Assembly: GCA_963793865.1 (NCBI GenBank)
Contig: CAWCBP010000012.1
Location: 96,001-160,000 of the forward strand
From: an uncultured delta proteobacterium
GTDB lineage: Bacteria > Desulfobacterota > WTBG01
Reading direction: 5' to 3'
Length of the DNA stretch: 64,000 nt
Shown: positions 10,700 through 20,422 of the stretch, one piece after another
Layout: each line of letters starts with the position of its first letter
How positions within the stretch are numbered: position 1 is the first letter of the stretch
Translations under genes and position numbers: made by a program
The notes under the pieces: model-generated
What the model saw: only the letters and a program-made list of their open reading frames with translations
Told to the model about the DNA's origin: nothing
The model's database searches: none

Positions 10700-10755
10700 T
10701 GACCTTTGTCATGGATAAATGTTTGTTTGCGCCAACCCTCGCTGGTGCGCACATT

Positions 10756-10780
10756 AATTCGCGGCTAAAGCCGCTCCTAC
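10756..10780. repeat. GTAG-type REP hairpin
   Basis: gcggctaaagccgctcctac. Same family as 12398-12452. Confidence 0.6.
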
Positions 10781-10884
10781 TGATTAATCAATCTTCAATT
10801 CTGGGTTTGTCATCCTGCGACTTGATCGCAGGATCCACATATATCTGGAGGGACGCGCTCCGTCGCGTCCGCTTATTATCTCCT

Positions 10885-11781
10885 TCAGCCGAAGGTGTGC
10901 TCCTCGATCAGCTCCTGCATGAGCCGCTGCACTCCCTCATCGGTGGGCGGGTATGACTTGTGCTCGCCCCCGGTTAAAACCACCCGCTCTATCTTCTTGA
11001 CCCAGGTCGGTGACCCTGCGCGGCCGCAGCGGGCGGGGTCGATGGCCAGATCATCTCCAGTCCATTCCTCAATCAGCAAACCTTTTTCCTTCAGGGACTG
11101 ACAGTGCGATTCAATCTCCTGTTCGGATGCGCCTTCGGCCTGCAGCTTGTTTTTCAATTCGCCCGGGGTGAGCGCCTTTTTAAAGCGCATCAGCCTTTTT
11201 GCTGCGGGCGGCCTCGGCTCATTGCTGTCAGGCATGACGGTGATAAGAAGCGGCAGGGTTGACCGCACCCTCTCATAGCCCTCGTCAGAGAAGCGCTTTG
11301 CCTCAAGGGTTCCGTCCCGGAGGCTGTATATTTCTTCCGCGTAGGTGATTTGCGGTATGCCCAGTTTTTCCGCCACCTGCGGTCCCACCTGGGCGGTATT
11401 GCCGTCACTTGCCTCCCTGCCGCAGAAAATAAGATCAAAGGTTTTAATCTTGTTGATGGCGGCGCTCAAGGTGTAGGAAGTGGCCAGTGTGTCCGCCGCT
11501 GCAAAACGCCTGTCAGTCAAAAGGATCGCCCTGTCTGCCCCGCGGTAGAGTGATTCCCGCAGGATTTCGGCTGCCGCGGAAGGGCCCATGGTGATGACCG
11601 TAACCGTGCCGCCGTAGTTCTCCTTGATGGCGAGGGCCATTTCCAGCGCGTGCAGATCGTCCTTGTTGAAGACGGCGGGGAGGGCGGAGCGGTTGAGTGT
11701 CCCGTCCTCTTTCATGGCCTTAGGCGAGATCTCGGTGGTGTCAGGAACCTGCTTTGCGAGTACGATTGAATGATAGGGCAT
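10885..11781 (-). CDS. etfB: Electron transfer flavoprotein beta subunit
   Basis: KQVPDT, ADTLATS and DGNTAQVGP. Confidence 0.95.
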   Translation of the reverse strand: MPYHSIVLAKQVPDTTEISPKAMKEDGTLNRSALPAVFNKDDLHALEMALAIKENYGGTVTVITMGPSAAAEILRESLYRGADRAILLTDRRFAAADTLATSYTLSAAINKIKTFDLIFCGREASDGNTAQVGPQVAEKLGIPQITYAEEIYSLRDGTLEAKRFSDEGYERVRSTLPLLITVMPDSNEPRPPAAKRLMRFKKALTPGELKNKLQAEGASEQEIESHCQSLKEKGLLIEEWTGDDLAIDPARCGRAGSPTWVKKIERVVLTGGEHKSYPPTDEGVQRLMQELIEEHTFG

Positions 11782-12397
11782 TTTTACCTAACAGAAAAAA
11801 ATGGCAAATTTCAAAGCCAAAGTTCAAATGAAGAAAGGCTAAAGTTCAAAGTCCAAAAATCCGCTTTCATTTGTTTGGAATTTGGATTTTGACATTTGAG
11901 CTTGTTCATCATGCACTTACATGTATTTTTATATAGAACTGACCGCGCTAAGTCAAGTTTCGAATTCCAGCTGCTGTAAAGCTGTGAATACAACAGGAGA
12001 TTCCACGGTGCGCATTGACGGACGATTATAAAAACAGTCATTGAGAGCGTTATCCGTGCGGCAATCTCAATGATTGATGCACGTCGTTCACAATGACTAT
12101 TTGTTTTCTAAATCAAAACCCTTTTTCTCCAATTAATGTCATATAAAAGCAACGTAAGCGACTGAGACATCTTGATCATTCAATTTATATCTTATTCATT
12201 TGAATCAGCAAGAAATATGCCCGGCTCGTTAACGGGCCGGGCATTGGCGCACAGATTAATAAATGATTTATTATCAATGGTTTGGCAATTTACTTTTTTT
12301 AATTATAATTCTAATACCCCGCACGGTAAGTGGCTGGATCGAGCCATCATCATTTCCTATTGGCTCTAATCATGCTAATGGAAAGGTGGGAGCCACG

Positions 12398-12452
12398 GTA
12401 GGAGCAGCTTTAGCTGCGATTAATTATATTCGCGACCGGAGGTCGCTCCTAC
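12398..12452. repeat. Inverted REP doublet (REPIN-like)
   Basis: gtaggagcagctttagctgcga...tcgcgaccggaggtcgctcctac: GTAGGAGC/GCTCCTAC termini, each half with its own hairpin. Confidence 0.7.
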
Positions 12453-13632
12453 CGATTGCCTGACGAACCGATGAGAGAATCCAGTAAAACCCGCAGCTTA
12501 TTTTTAAATTCTTCATCGTTTTCCAGGGTCTGAGCGAGCATCGGGCTCAGGCGGGAATAGAGATCAATCAGTTGGCGGCCCTCCGGTGTTGTGTTCAATA
12601 CTTCATCCCGAAACAAGCGCAAAGCTTCCGTTTCAGGGGCCTGGTCGCCATACAGTATGACTACGGGACAGCCGGGAACGGTTGTCGTGGTTGTTGAAAC
12701 AGGCGCGTATTTCTTGATGCAGTCGTTAGCGGCGTCAGCCACATAGATATTACCCTGATTGTCAATTGCCAGTCCATACGGGGAAGGCTGCGCTCCAAAC
12801 CCGCCCTTTCCTTCGAGGACGATGGTGGTAATGAGTGTGCCGTCTTGATCAATTTTCTTGATGCTGTGATGCAGTGCGTCGGAAACATATATGTTTCCGA
12901 CCCCGTCCAGCGCAATGCCGGTCGTGGTGCAGAAGATATCGTCTGCGGTGCATGGTTGGATTTGATCAACCAAGTCTCCGCCGGCTTGAAAAATCTGTAT
13001 CGGACCAATGATGGTTGCCGGTACGTAGAGATTATTCGCCGAATCTGTTGCCATCTCCAGGGCATCGAACCAGATGAACGGCCACTGGTCTATCAATATC
13101 CCCTCAGCGGTAAATTTTTGGATGCAGGTATAGTAGCGATCGGGCGGGGTAAGGGCCGCATGGTGCACGTAGATGCCGCCTTCTCCGTCCACTGCCAGCG
13201 CTCGAGGGGTGGAGTAAAGCCACCACCCGTCCGGCCTTGTGCTCCAGGCTGCAAGAAATTCTCCATCCGGAGTAAATTTTTGAATGCGGTCGTTCAGAAA
13301 ATCTGCCACGTACACATTGTCTTCCCCGTCCACGTCAATGCCCTGGGGGGCTATGAATTGGCCTTCCTCACTACCGTATCTCCCCCACCCGGTAAGGAAT
13401 GTGCCATCCGGAGTAAATTTTTGAATTCGGTGATTCGACGGATCCGATACGAAAAGATTGCTATCGCCGTCTATGGCAATTCCGTGGGGCTCAAGAAACT
13501 GTCCGTCTTCGGTGCCTGAACCGCCCCACTCAGCAACAAGTTCATAGTCTTGGGAGGCAGAGAAATGAGTTCCGCACAGCAAAAGTGAAGAACAAAAAAC
13601 TGAAAAAATGGCGGATAGCTCAGATTCCCCAT
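12449..13632 (-). CDS. Secreted NHL-repeat beta-propeller protein with Thr linker and C-terminal CFI-box-CTERM-like domain
   Basis: Repeated 'GQF..P.GI..D...N.YV.D..N.RIQKF' and tail TTTTTVPGCP...LRLFRDEVL. An AAGGAGG RBS precedes ATG 13632, which is one base out of frame (probable indel). Confidence 0.8.
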
Positions 13633-13742
13633 GATGATCCTCCTTCATATGACACATTGAAATATCATTGAATTCCAAATTTTACGGGAATGACATCTTT
13701 AGTTCTGTATTTTTTCCTCTTTGTGGGTGGCATCATTCATAT

Positions 13743-13770
13743 GTAGGGGCGACCGGCCGGTCGCCCCTAC
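13743..13770. repeat. GTAG-type REP palindrome, copy 1
   Basis: gtaggggcgaccggccggtcgcccctac, a perfect 28-bp palindrome. Confidence 0.85.
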
Positions 13771-13865
13771 GGAACTGATTTTCGTGTTACGTGGTGAAAT
13801 CTTTTCGTATTGCGTGAAAGGTGTGACAACCGGTGTTGCATATTTCCTCCCCCGGCACTTCACTC

Positions 13866-15353
13866 TTAATCATGCCCCGCTGTCCCCACAACACGGGCGC
13901 GAACGGCCAGATCGTAGGGCATCGTTGTTCCGCGTCCGATCGCCTGCCATGCTTTGCCGTCTTCGCTCACATAACAGCGTTCATTTTCGGGAGGACCCGT
14001 CACATCAACGGGGATGGGGTAACAATATCCCGGTGTGGTCAGCCGTATGGCAACAACAAAGTCATCGCCGACCCTTAGCGGGAGAGGGCGCAATAGCTTG
14101 ATAGAGTAGTAGCCCAGCTCATCGCACCTTCCCCTCTTGACGCAGCGCAGGTTTCGCATTGAATTCCCCTGCATCCGATCGTACACCCTGATTTCGTACA
14201 TCGCATTCACGCTGGTTGTCCAGAAGTCAACCGCCCGCAAAACCCCTGCCGTTTCGGGGATGAAAACTGCTGCGCACCAGGCTGTAGGCCTTCCCGCGCC
14301 GATGGAATTAACGCCGTCGCAGGACCCTCCCGCGTCGAGGCAGAAAAAACCTCCTTCGTCGTAGCAGAGGATGGATTCGTCAGGGTCGGAATCTTTGTAT
14401 GAGGAGATAAAACTGGACATGGTTCCTATTTTGGCTGCGCCGTAGGCGATGTGGCAGTAACCATTCATCCCCCAGTCATCACCCCAGCTGTTCTTGACGA
14501 TCCAGGCGCCTGCAGGTCCCAGGTTATCATCCCAGCCGACAATGAGAACGGAGTGGTTTGCCATGAGGGAATCATAATATTCATAGACCCCTCCCGTATA
14601 TGCCCGGAAAGCGGGATCGGATGCATCCATCGAGGACGTGACCGGCCCATGCCTGTAGAGAGCTGCCTTGATGGCCTCAACCAGGTTGGGAAGCACCCTC
14701 CAGCCATCCACATTTTTAATTATTTCGCAGCGGTGGTCGCACGGAACTCCGTCAACGGCCAGAAAAGGTTGGCATGATTCGAGGGAAGCGCCCCGCCGGG
14801 TCAAATAATTGATCGCCCTGAAGGCACTCCCGCCGGTAGAGCAGCTCCGGGCTTTCCCGGCAGAGGCAATGAAGTCACATGAGGCCAGCCCCTGTTCCGA
14901 AAGATCGTATGCTACGCCCTCGCGCAGCAGAATTTTTGATTCAAGCTCTGCCGCCGCGGTGAAGGCCCAGCACAGCTGGCAGGGATATTGATCTTTTACC
15001 GGTGTTATTTTGTCTTCATCCCGCCAGTCAAAGTATGAAGGGAGATGCCGCACGGGGTAAGGCCTTTTGAGCCGGCGTTCTTCAATGCTGCAGGGGATGG
15101 AGCCGGGCAGATTAGCGCTTTGACCAGGGGGCAGGTTATACATCCGGGTCTCGTCCACGGTAAAATTAAAACCCTGCTGCCGTATGCGATTTCTTATCTC
15201 CTCAATCGAGGGAAGAGGCTTATAGTCTGACCCTGCCATACTATCCTCAACAGTTTGCCGGAGCGGGCTGGATAGGTTCCAGCCGCATGCAGTCTTGAAG
15301 GAAATGCCCAGTGATAGTAAACAGGTACAGAAAATGAAAAAAGGCTTGTTCAT
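13866..15353 (-). CDS. Secreted papain-family (C1A) cysteine peptidase with C-terminal lectin-like domain
   Basis: LPSYFDWR, QYPCQLCWAF (catalytic Cys), NHSVLIVGW (His), WIVKNSWG (Asn). Signal-like MNKPFFIF start chosen. Confidence 0.88.
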   Translation of the reverse strand: MNKPFFIFCTCLLSLGISFKTACGWNLSSPLRQTVEDSMAGSDYKPLPSIEEIRNRIRQQGFNFTVDETRMYNLPPGQSANLPGSIPCSIEERRLKRPYPVRHLPSYFDWRDEDKITPVKDQYPCQLCWAFTAAAELESKILLREGVAYDLSEQGLASCDFIASAGKARSCSTGGSAFRAINYLTRRGASLESCQPFLAVDGVPCDHRCEIIKNVDGWRVLPNLVEAIKAALYRHGPVTSSMDASDPAFRAYTGGVYEYYDSLMANHSVLIVGWDDNLGPAGAWIVKNSWGDDWGMNGYCHIAYGAAKIGTMSSFISSYKDSDPDESILCYDEGGFFCLDAGGSCDGVNSIGAGRPTAWCAAVFIPETAGVLRAVDFWTTSVNAMYEIRVYDRMQGNSMRNLRCVKRGRCDELGYYSIKLLRPLPLRVGDDFVVAIRLTTPGYCYPIPVDVTGPPENERCYVSEDGKAWQAIGRGTTMPYDLAVRARVVGTAGHD

Positions 15354-15583
15354 GGGAATGTACCCCCGGGATAGATTCATGTCACTGTTCCGGAGATGAA
15401 CGGGTTGCTTCCCGATTGTGGGCCGGCATGTCCGTATTACCATCCACGCCTCAGTGAGACAGCTGCTGAAGAAAACCATCTCAGGTAAACAAGAAAGGGT
15501 TACTGCACCTGGGTGAGGAGGTAATGGCGGAAGGCATGGATCAATACAGGATATGCCGGCCCCATTGACAAAATCCATGTGTA

Positions 15584-15979
15584 TCAATTACAAATGCCGT
15601 CATTGCACGTATTGTAACAGAGCACCAGGTCGATGTAGTACATCATCCATGCCAGTCCCAGGCAGGGCACAACCTCTTCTCCGCCCAGCACGCACATCAC
15701 TGCTGTCGCAAACCATGCAACCAGAGCAATTTCATCACAGCCGATGCCTTTTGGCTGCCCCGCGTTGTACCATGCCCACCAGTCATTGGCTTTTACTCCG
15801 GATGTGCCGTATCTGTAAAAGGCGCTGAAATTGTCCGTGCAGCATTTTGTGCAATCGCATGCGGCATTACAATTCTTGTCACTGGGCAGCCCCGGCAGTA
15901 TGGCGGCCGAAGCGGTTTGCGCCACGCATGTCCAGGCCACCAGTAAAGCTATCATTGCGGCGATAGTTCGAATCTTCAT
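15584..15979 (-). CDS. Small secreted cysteine-rich hypothetical protein (131 aa)
   Basis: AGGAGG RBS, signal peptide ending ASA-A, CxxxCxCxxCC and C-terminal CxxxCxxxxC, with a hydrophobic central helix. Confidence 0.75.
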   Translation of the reverse strand: MKIRTIAAMIALLVAWTCVAQTASAAILPGLPSDKNCNAACDCTKCCTDNFSAFYRYGTSGVKANDWWAWYNAGQPKGIGCDEIALVAWFATAVMCVLGGEEVVPCLGLAWMMYYIDLVLCYNTCNDGICN

Positions 15980-16070
15980 TTCACTCACCTCCTTTCTTCT
16001 CAATGGTAATTTTGTCCTTCTTTTTTCCGTCACCTCCTTGCATGTCACCGCCTGTGCTCCTTCCTTGCGC

Positions 16071-17249
16071 TCATGGCATATCTTCTGCCAGTGGCGTCTG
16101 CCCGTTTTCTATAGCCGTAATCACTTCTTCCAGATACGTGAGGGAAGGGGTCCCTGACAGATAGAATCCATTAATGATTATGCCGGGGGTGCTGTTGATG
16201 CCCGCCAGGGCAGCCTCGGTCACATCCTTTTCCACCTCTTCCCTCCTACTGTCATCCTCCAGACACCGGTCAAACCGTACGGTTTCGAGGCCCGCCTGCC
16301 GGGCATATCTGCGCAGGCTTGCGACGTCCAGTTCCTGCTGATTGTCAAAAAGCAGATCATGATAATCCCAGTAGCGGTCCTGATCGTCGGCACATGCCGC
16401 TGCCAGCGCGGCCATGGGGGCGTCAGGGTGGGAAGGGAGCGGAAAGTCCCTGGCAACGATTCGTATGGCCCCTTTCTTTGTAACCAGCAGTTCTTTCAGT
16501 GTTGCGCTTGCCTTTTTGCAGGAGGGACACTGAAAATCAATGAAGGACTGAATGGTGATGGGGGCATCTCTGCGGCCAAGCCAGGGACCATCATCAGGCG
16601 TGAGGTCAAGGCGGAGAAGCGGTGGACGTTTGAGGAGAATTTCAATTCTCGATTGGTCCCGCAGTCCCCGGACAAAGGCTTCCCGTGCCTCGTTGACAGA
16701 AGCGGCCTTTTTCATTTCAACCACCTTGCTTTTAATGGCCTCTATAAACGGAGTGCCGGCACTGCCTGCCGGAAGAGAGATCCCCTCCGCGGCGTCCGGT
16801 GCTTGCATCACCGCAGTCCTTTTGGAAAACGATGGGAAATCATGCTGCATCTTTTTGACAAACTCCTGAAAGAGGGCTTCTTTATCAGATTCAAATGCTT
16901 GTGCCTTTTCTTCCGCCTGCGCAGTGACCATGGCGATAAGTTCATCAGCCTTCATGTTTCTTTTCGCCGCCTCCTGTTCCAGAAGCTTTTGGTCAATGTG
17001 CTGCTGAAGGACCGCCTTCTGCTCCCGGTAGAGACGAACCTCCATCGCCTGCAGCTCAACATTGTATCGCTGCGCCGGGTCATAACCGAGTTCATGCAGG
17101 CGAATTGCCGTTCCATCAATTCGTGCAATCACCCTGTCTCGTGCTTCCGCATCATCCAGGGCAGTTTGCTTGTCACCTGCAATAGAGGTGAATGCTGTAC
17201 CAAGCAAGGCACAGTGGACAACCACTACAAGCGCCGGCATTTTTCTCAT
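16071..17249 (-). CDS. Periplasmic DsbA/thioredoxin-domain protein with SurA-like N-terminal helical region
   Basis: DFQCPSC (CxxC), DFPL..H and GINSTP (cis-Pro loop), plus a signal peptide. Confidence 0.88.
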   Translation of the reverse strand: MRKMPALVVVVHCALLGTAFTSIAGDKQTALDDAEARDRVIARIDGTAIRLHELGYDPAQRYNVELQAMEVRLYREQKAVLQQHIDQKLLEQEAAKRNMKADELIAMVTAQAEEKAQAFESDKEALFQEFVKKMQHDFPSFSKRTAVMQAPDAAEGISLPAGSAGTPFIEAIKSKVVEMKKAASVNEAREAFVRGLRDQSRIEILLKRPPLLRLDLTPDDGPWLGRRDAPITIQSFIDFQCPSCKKASATLKELLVTKKGAIRIVARDFPLPSHPDAPMAALAAACADDQDRYWDYHDLLFDNQQELDVASLRRYARQAGLETVRFDRCLEDDSRREEVEKDVTEAALAGINSTPGIIINGFYLSGTPSLTYLEEVITAIENGQTPLAEDMP

Positions 17250-17338
17250 GGCATTTCCTTTTTTCGTGGGTTTTTTTTCGTCCGGAGTCTGGCCCGGCAC
17301 GCGCTCTCCGCATGCCGCTTTCTTATCCGGAGCATTTA

Positions 17339-18634
17339 TTAACCGGGTTGAGGGAGGTTGTGTTTCATAAGGTTTCTAAAAACAAGCCTGCATAGGGCGG
17401 CAAAGTGATCTTCCATTGCGCGGCAGAACATTTCCTCGGTCAGCGTGTCTGTTTTTGCCCCCTCGAGCAGTGAGTCGAGTTTCTTTATGAATTCATCGCC
17501 ATTTAAAAACTGTATGGAAAATCTGTTCATAAGGTATCCGGCAAGATTGCGGGTCCGAACCGTGTCCCACGTGTAACGTTCTTGAATAAAAGCTGTTTTC
17601 TCTTCCATGTCTTCGCTGTAAGAAACACCGGCGGGATAGGCCGCGTATTCCGGATGCGGCTCCCGGCCGGGTACGGCTGCTGCCTTGAATTGTTGTATGC
17701 GCGCCTCAAGCAGGCGGGTAAAGGCAGATGTGCCTGACTCCATAAAACTCTCCTCCATGACCCGGTAGAAAACGCCCTCGTCTATGTGCGTTCCCCCCGC
17801 CCGCGCCAACCGCTGCTCGAGACGTTCCGCGAAATCGTCAATCAAGTGTTGCGAAGGAAGCTTGTTGACAAGCGCCCAGGCACGTTTTTCGGCCTGCTGA
17901 TCCTTCCATGCATAGTGCTTCTTCAGCTGCGCGATTTTCTTCTCCACCGTTTCCTCCCGCGGGCAGGTTTTTGTTCCTGAAGCGCTGCTGCCCGTCCAAA
18001 ATGCGTAGCAGGTATAATCAGGCAGAACATGGATTGCCTGTAGCGTTTCCATGGTTGCCCAGAAAAATATGAAAGAGGGGAGCATACATGCCAGCCGGGC
18101 GTTATTGCTGCCTGCCCGGAAGGTTTTATAAAGCATGAGGAGCGCGATGAGTAAAAAGACCAGACCTGTTCCCGCGGTGACGACCGTACGAAGGGTGGGA
18201 ATATAATCCTGCAGCACTTTTCCCCCATTGATCAGGAAGGCATGAAGCAGCCAGACACATCCGAAATGGCCGAGCGCGAAGCGCATGCCGATTGGCAGCG
18301 CCCTTTTGTAAATAATACAGGAAATGAGAAGAATGCAGGGAATGAGCATGACAGCGGCATCAGGTGTAACCAGCGATAATATTTGCTCGTGCTCCAGAAG
18401 TTCGCCGAAGAAGCACCAGAGGAAGAAGCCGGCTACAATTCCCCAGACTGCCTCCTTTTTCTTTTCAGCGCCTCCTGAGGCCTTCCAGAGGGTGACGACC
18501 ACCGAGATGAATAATATTGCCGCCAGGGCGGTCGTTGCCGAAAGGCCCATCCCGTAGGCCATGGACATGCAGAAATGGCCGAGAAAATAGATGCCATAGA
18601 AGAGGGTGAAGTACGCGAGAACAAATGGGATCAT
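17339..18634 (-). CDS. Hypothetical polytopic membrane protein with two C-terminal copies of an unrecognised ~70-aa domain
   Basis: About 6-7 hydrophobic segments in aa 1-205, then an internal repeat (YAW.../YTW...). Confidence 0.75.
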   Translation of the reverse strand: MIPFVLAYFTLFYGIYFLGHFCMSMAYGMGLSATTALAAILFISVVVTLWKASGGAEKKKEAVWGIVAGFFLWCFFGELLEHEQILSLVTPDAAVMLIPCILLISCIIYKRALPIGMRFALGHFGCVWLLHAFLINGGKVLQDYIPTLRTVVTAGTGLVFLLIALLMLYKTFRAGSNNARLACMLPSFIFFWATMETLQAIHVLPDYTCYAFWTGSSASGTKTCPREETVEKKIAQLKKHYAWKDQQAEKRAWALVNKLPSQHLIDDFAERLEQRLARAGGTHIDEGVFYRVMEESFMESGTSAFTRLLEARIQQFKAAAVPGREPHPEYAAYPAGVSYSEDMEEKTAFIQERYTWDTVRTRNLAGYLMNRFSIQFLNGDEFIKKLDSLLEGAKTDTLTEEMFCRAMEDHFAALCRLVFRNLMKHNLPQPG

Positions 18635-18669
18635 GATTCCTGCCTTCCTTCTTTGTGCATCACGTTTGG

Positions 18670-19473
18670 CTAGAACCCGTTGCGGGAGTTGTCGTCCCGC
18701 TCATGTGCCCTGCTGTTGTGGTAGTGTTGGCTCAATCGCCTGACCTGCTGCATCATGAGCGGTGCAACATCGGGCGGAGCGGCGGCTTCGATTGCCTGGT
18801 AAAACGCCGCTGCGTTTAAAGGGGCGGTTCTTTCAGGCCCGCAGATTTTGTCGAGTTCCTTTACAATTCCGTCCAGCCCGAAATCTTTCGCCTCATCGGG
18901 CATTGCCTCCAGAAGATACAGTGCCCATTCGCGTGTTTCGTCATCTTCCCACAGGTAGCGGTCTTTAAAGGATGAGATCTTTTGCGAATATCCGTCACGC
19001 GGGGTGGAGGGCGCTGTGATATCTTCGCCTGGCTCATGCTGCCGTGCAGGTGGATCAGTACCGGGATTGCTGAATGCCGCCCCCGCCATTCCGCCGTTTG
19101 CAAAAATAATGACCTCTGTAATCGATTGACGGCGGCGGTCCCTGTCGCTGTAGCGGACGAGGTAATTTTTTGCCCCGGCTGCCTTGAGCAGTATCTTAAT
19201 GGCCTGTTCGAGCGGAAGGTCTTTAACGTGAATGCTGATGGGGTTAAACAGATGGTATGCTCCCCGACAGGTGATGTTTACCCGGCATGTATCACCCAGA
19301 GTCCCGAGAAGGGTTTCAAGAGGCGCATCCAAAGCATTTACGGAAACGACGTACCCCTGGGGGATCTCTTTCACTGTCACTTCGGGCCCTGACTGTACCG
19401 TGAGGGCACCGGCAGCAGGTAATGCAGCTACCGAAAAAGCGAAGATGAAAAGGAAAAGAGCCTGTTTCAGCAT
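18670..19473 (-). CDS. Hypothetical secreted protein with STN (secretin/TonB N-terminal)-like domain and the same ~70-aa domain
   Basis: Signal peptide MLKQALFL...; 'VSVNALDAPLETLL...ISIHVKDLPLEQAIKILL' resembles STN. Confidence 0.65.
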   Translation of the reverse strand: MLKQALFLFIFAFSVAALPAAGALTVQSGPEVTVKEIPQGYVVSVNALDAPLETLLGTLGDTCRVNITCRGAYHLFNPISIHVKDLPLEQAIKILLKAAGAKNYLVRYSDRDRRRQSITEVIIFANGGMAGAAFSNPGTDPPARQHEPGEDITAPSTPRDGYSQKISSFKDRYLWEDDETREWALYLLEAMPDEAKDFGLDGIVKELDKICGPERTAPLNAAAFYQAIEAAAPPDVAPLMMQQVRRLSQHYHNSRAHERDDNSRNGF

Positions 19474-19507
19474 ATGTTGAGCATTTCTCGCACAGAGCAT
19501 GATACAA

Positions 19508-20362
19508 TCATCGTATGGGGTAATGGGCACTTGTCATCAGGTAACTGGCCGCAATGCAAAAAGAGGAGACGGCGGCACCAAAGGCGGTTATGGACAGGAC
19601 GGCGCTCGCGGTCCTGTCCCACCAGCGCTGATACCTGCCGTGGAGTATGAGCGCGTAGAGGAGCCACATGATCAGGCTTGCCGTCTCCACCGGATCCCAG
19701 CTCCAGTAGTGTCCCCAGATGATCCTGGCCCGGTACGCGCCGGTTGCCATTGCCATGCTGAAGAGTATAAAACCTACCGCCATGGCTTTATAGCCGATGT
19801 CGTCCAGTACCTGCGGCATCGGAAGCCGGTTAAGCATTGCCTGCGGCAGCGCCATGAGTTTTAACCGCTCTTTGGCAATGATCAGGAGTGCTGCTACACA
19901 GGCGATGAGAAAGGCGGCCAGGCTCATAATGCAGCTTGTAACATGATATGCCAGCACATTGCCCTTGAGAACCGGGGGGAGCGCCTCTATGCCGGGCGAG
20001 ATCCCGATTGAGCCGGATGCAGAGAGCATGGCAAGCGAAATAAAGGGCAGGATAAAAACTCCAAGCGCTTTTGTCCTGCAAACACGTTCGAGGGCAAGAT
20101 ACATCAGGGTCAGCGACCAGCAGGCAAAGACGATGGTTTCGTAAAGGGTAAAGAACGAGAGAGGACTGTGACCCATGCCGAGCTGATACGACTCAAACCA
20201 CCGCAGCGCGTAGGCGGCGGTGTGAGCAAGGAATCCGGCAACGGTCATGCCGGTTGCGGCTCTCCCGATTGCCCCCAGGCGAAAGAAGAAGTAGCAGCTA
20301 TACGCCAGCGATGAAAAAAGATAGACGTAAGAAACCGCACTGAAAAGCGCCACATTTATCAT
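19508..20362 (-). CDS. ccsB: Cytochrome c biogenesis protein CcsA/ResC (system II heme ligase; TIGRFAM name CcsB)
   Basis: WWD domain WGHYWSWDPVE, GHSP..LYET, and conserved His residues (YHV, ILH, AHY). Confidence 0.9.
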   Translation of the reverse strand: MINVALFSAVSYVYLFSSLAYSCYFFFRLGAIGRAATGMTVAGFLAHTAAYALRWFESYQLGMGHSPLSFFTLYETIVFACWSLTLMYLALERVCRTKALGVFILPFISLAMLSASGSIGISPGIEALPPVLKGNVLAYHVTSCIMSLAAFLIACVAALLIIAKERLKLMALPQAMLNRLPMPQVLDDIGYKAMAVGFILFSMAMATGAYRARIIWGHYWSWDPVETASLIMWLLYALILHGRYQRWWDRTASAVLSITAFGAAVSSFCIAASYLMTSAHYPIR

Positions 20363-20422
20363 GTCCTTCCCCCTGTTACCCCTTATAACCGTTGCATGCC
20401 TGAAATATGAGCGGCACGAAAA

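Noticed and set aside
12208..12222. Sigma54-like GGGCATATTTCTTGC on the minus strand upstream of etfB
   Set aside because: It lacks the T of TGGC and lies ~430 bp from the start across repeat DNA. Plausible but not supportable.
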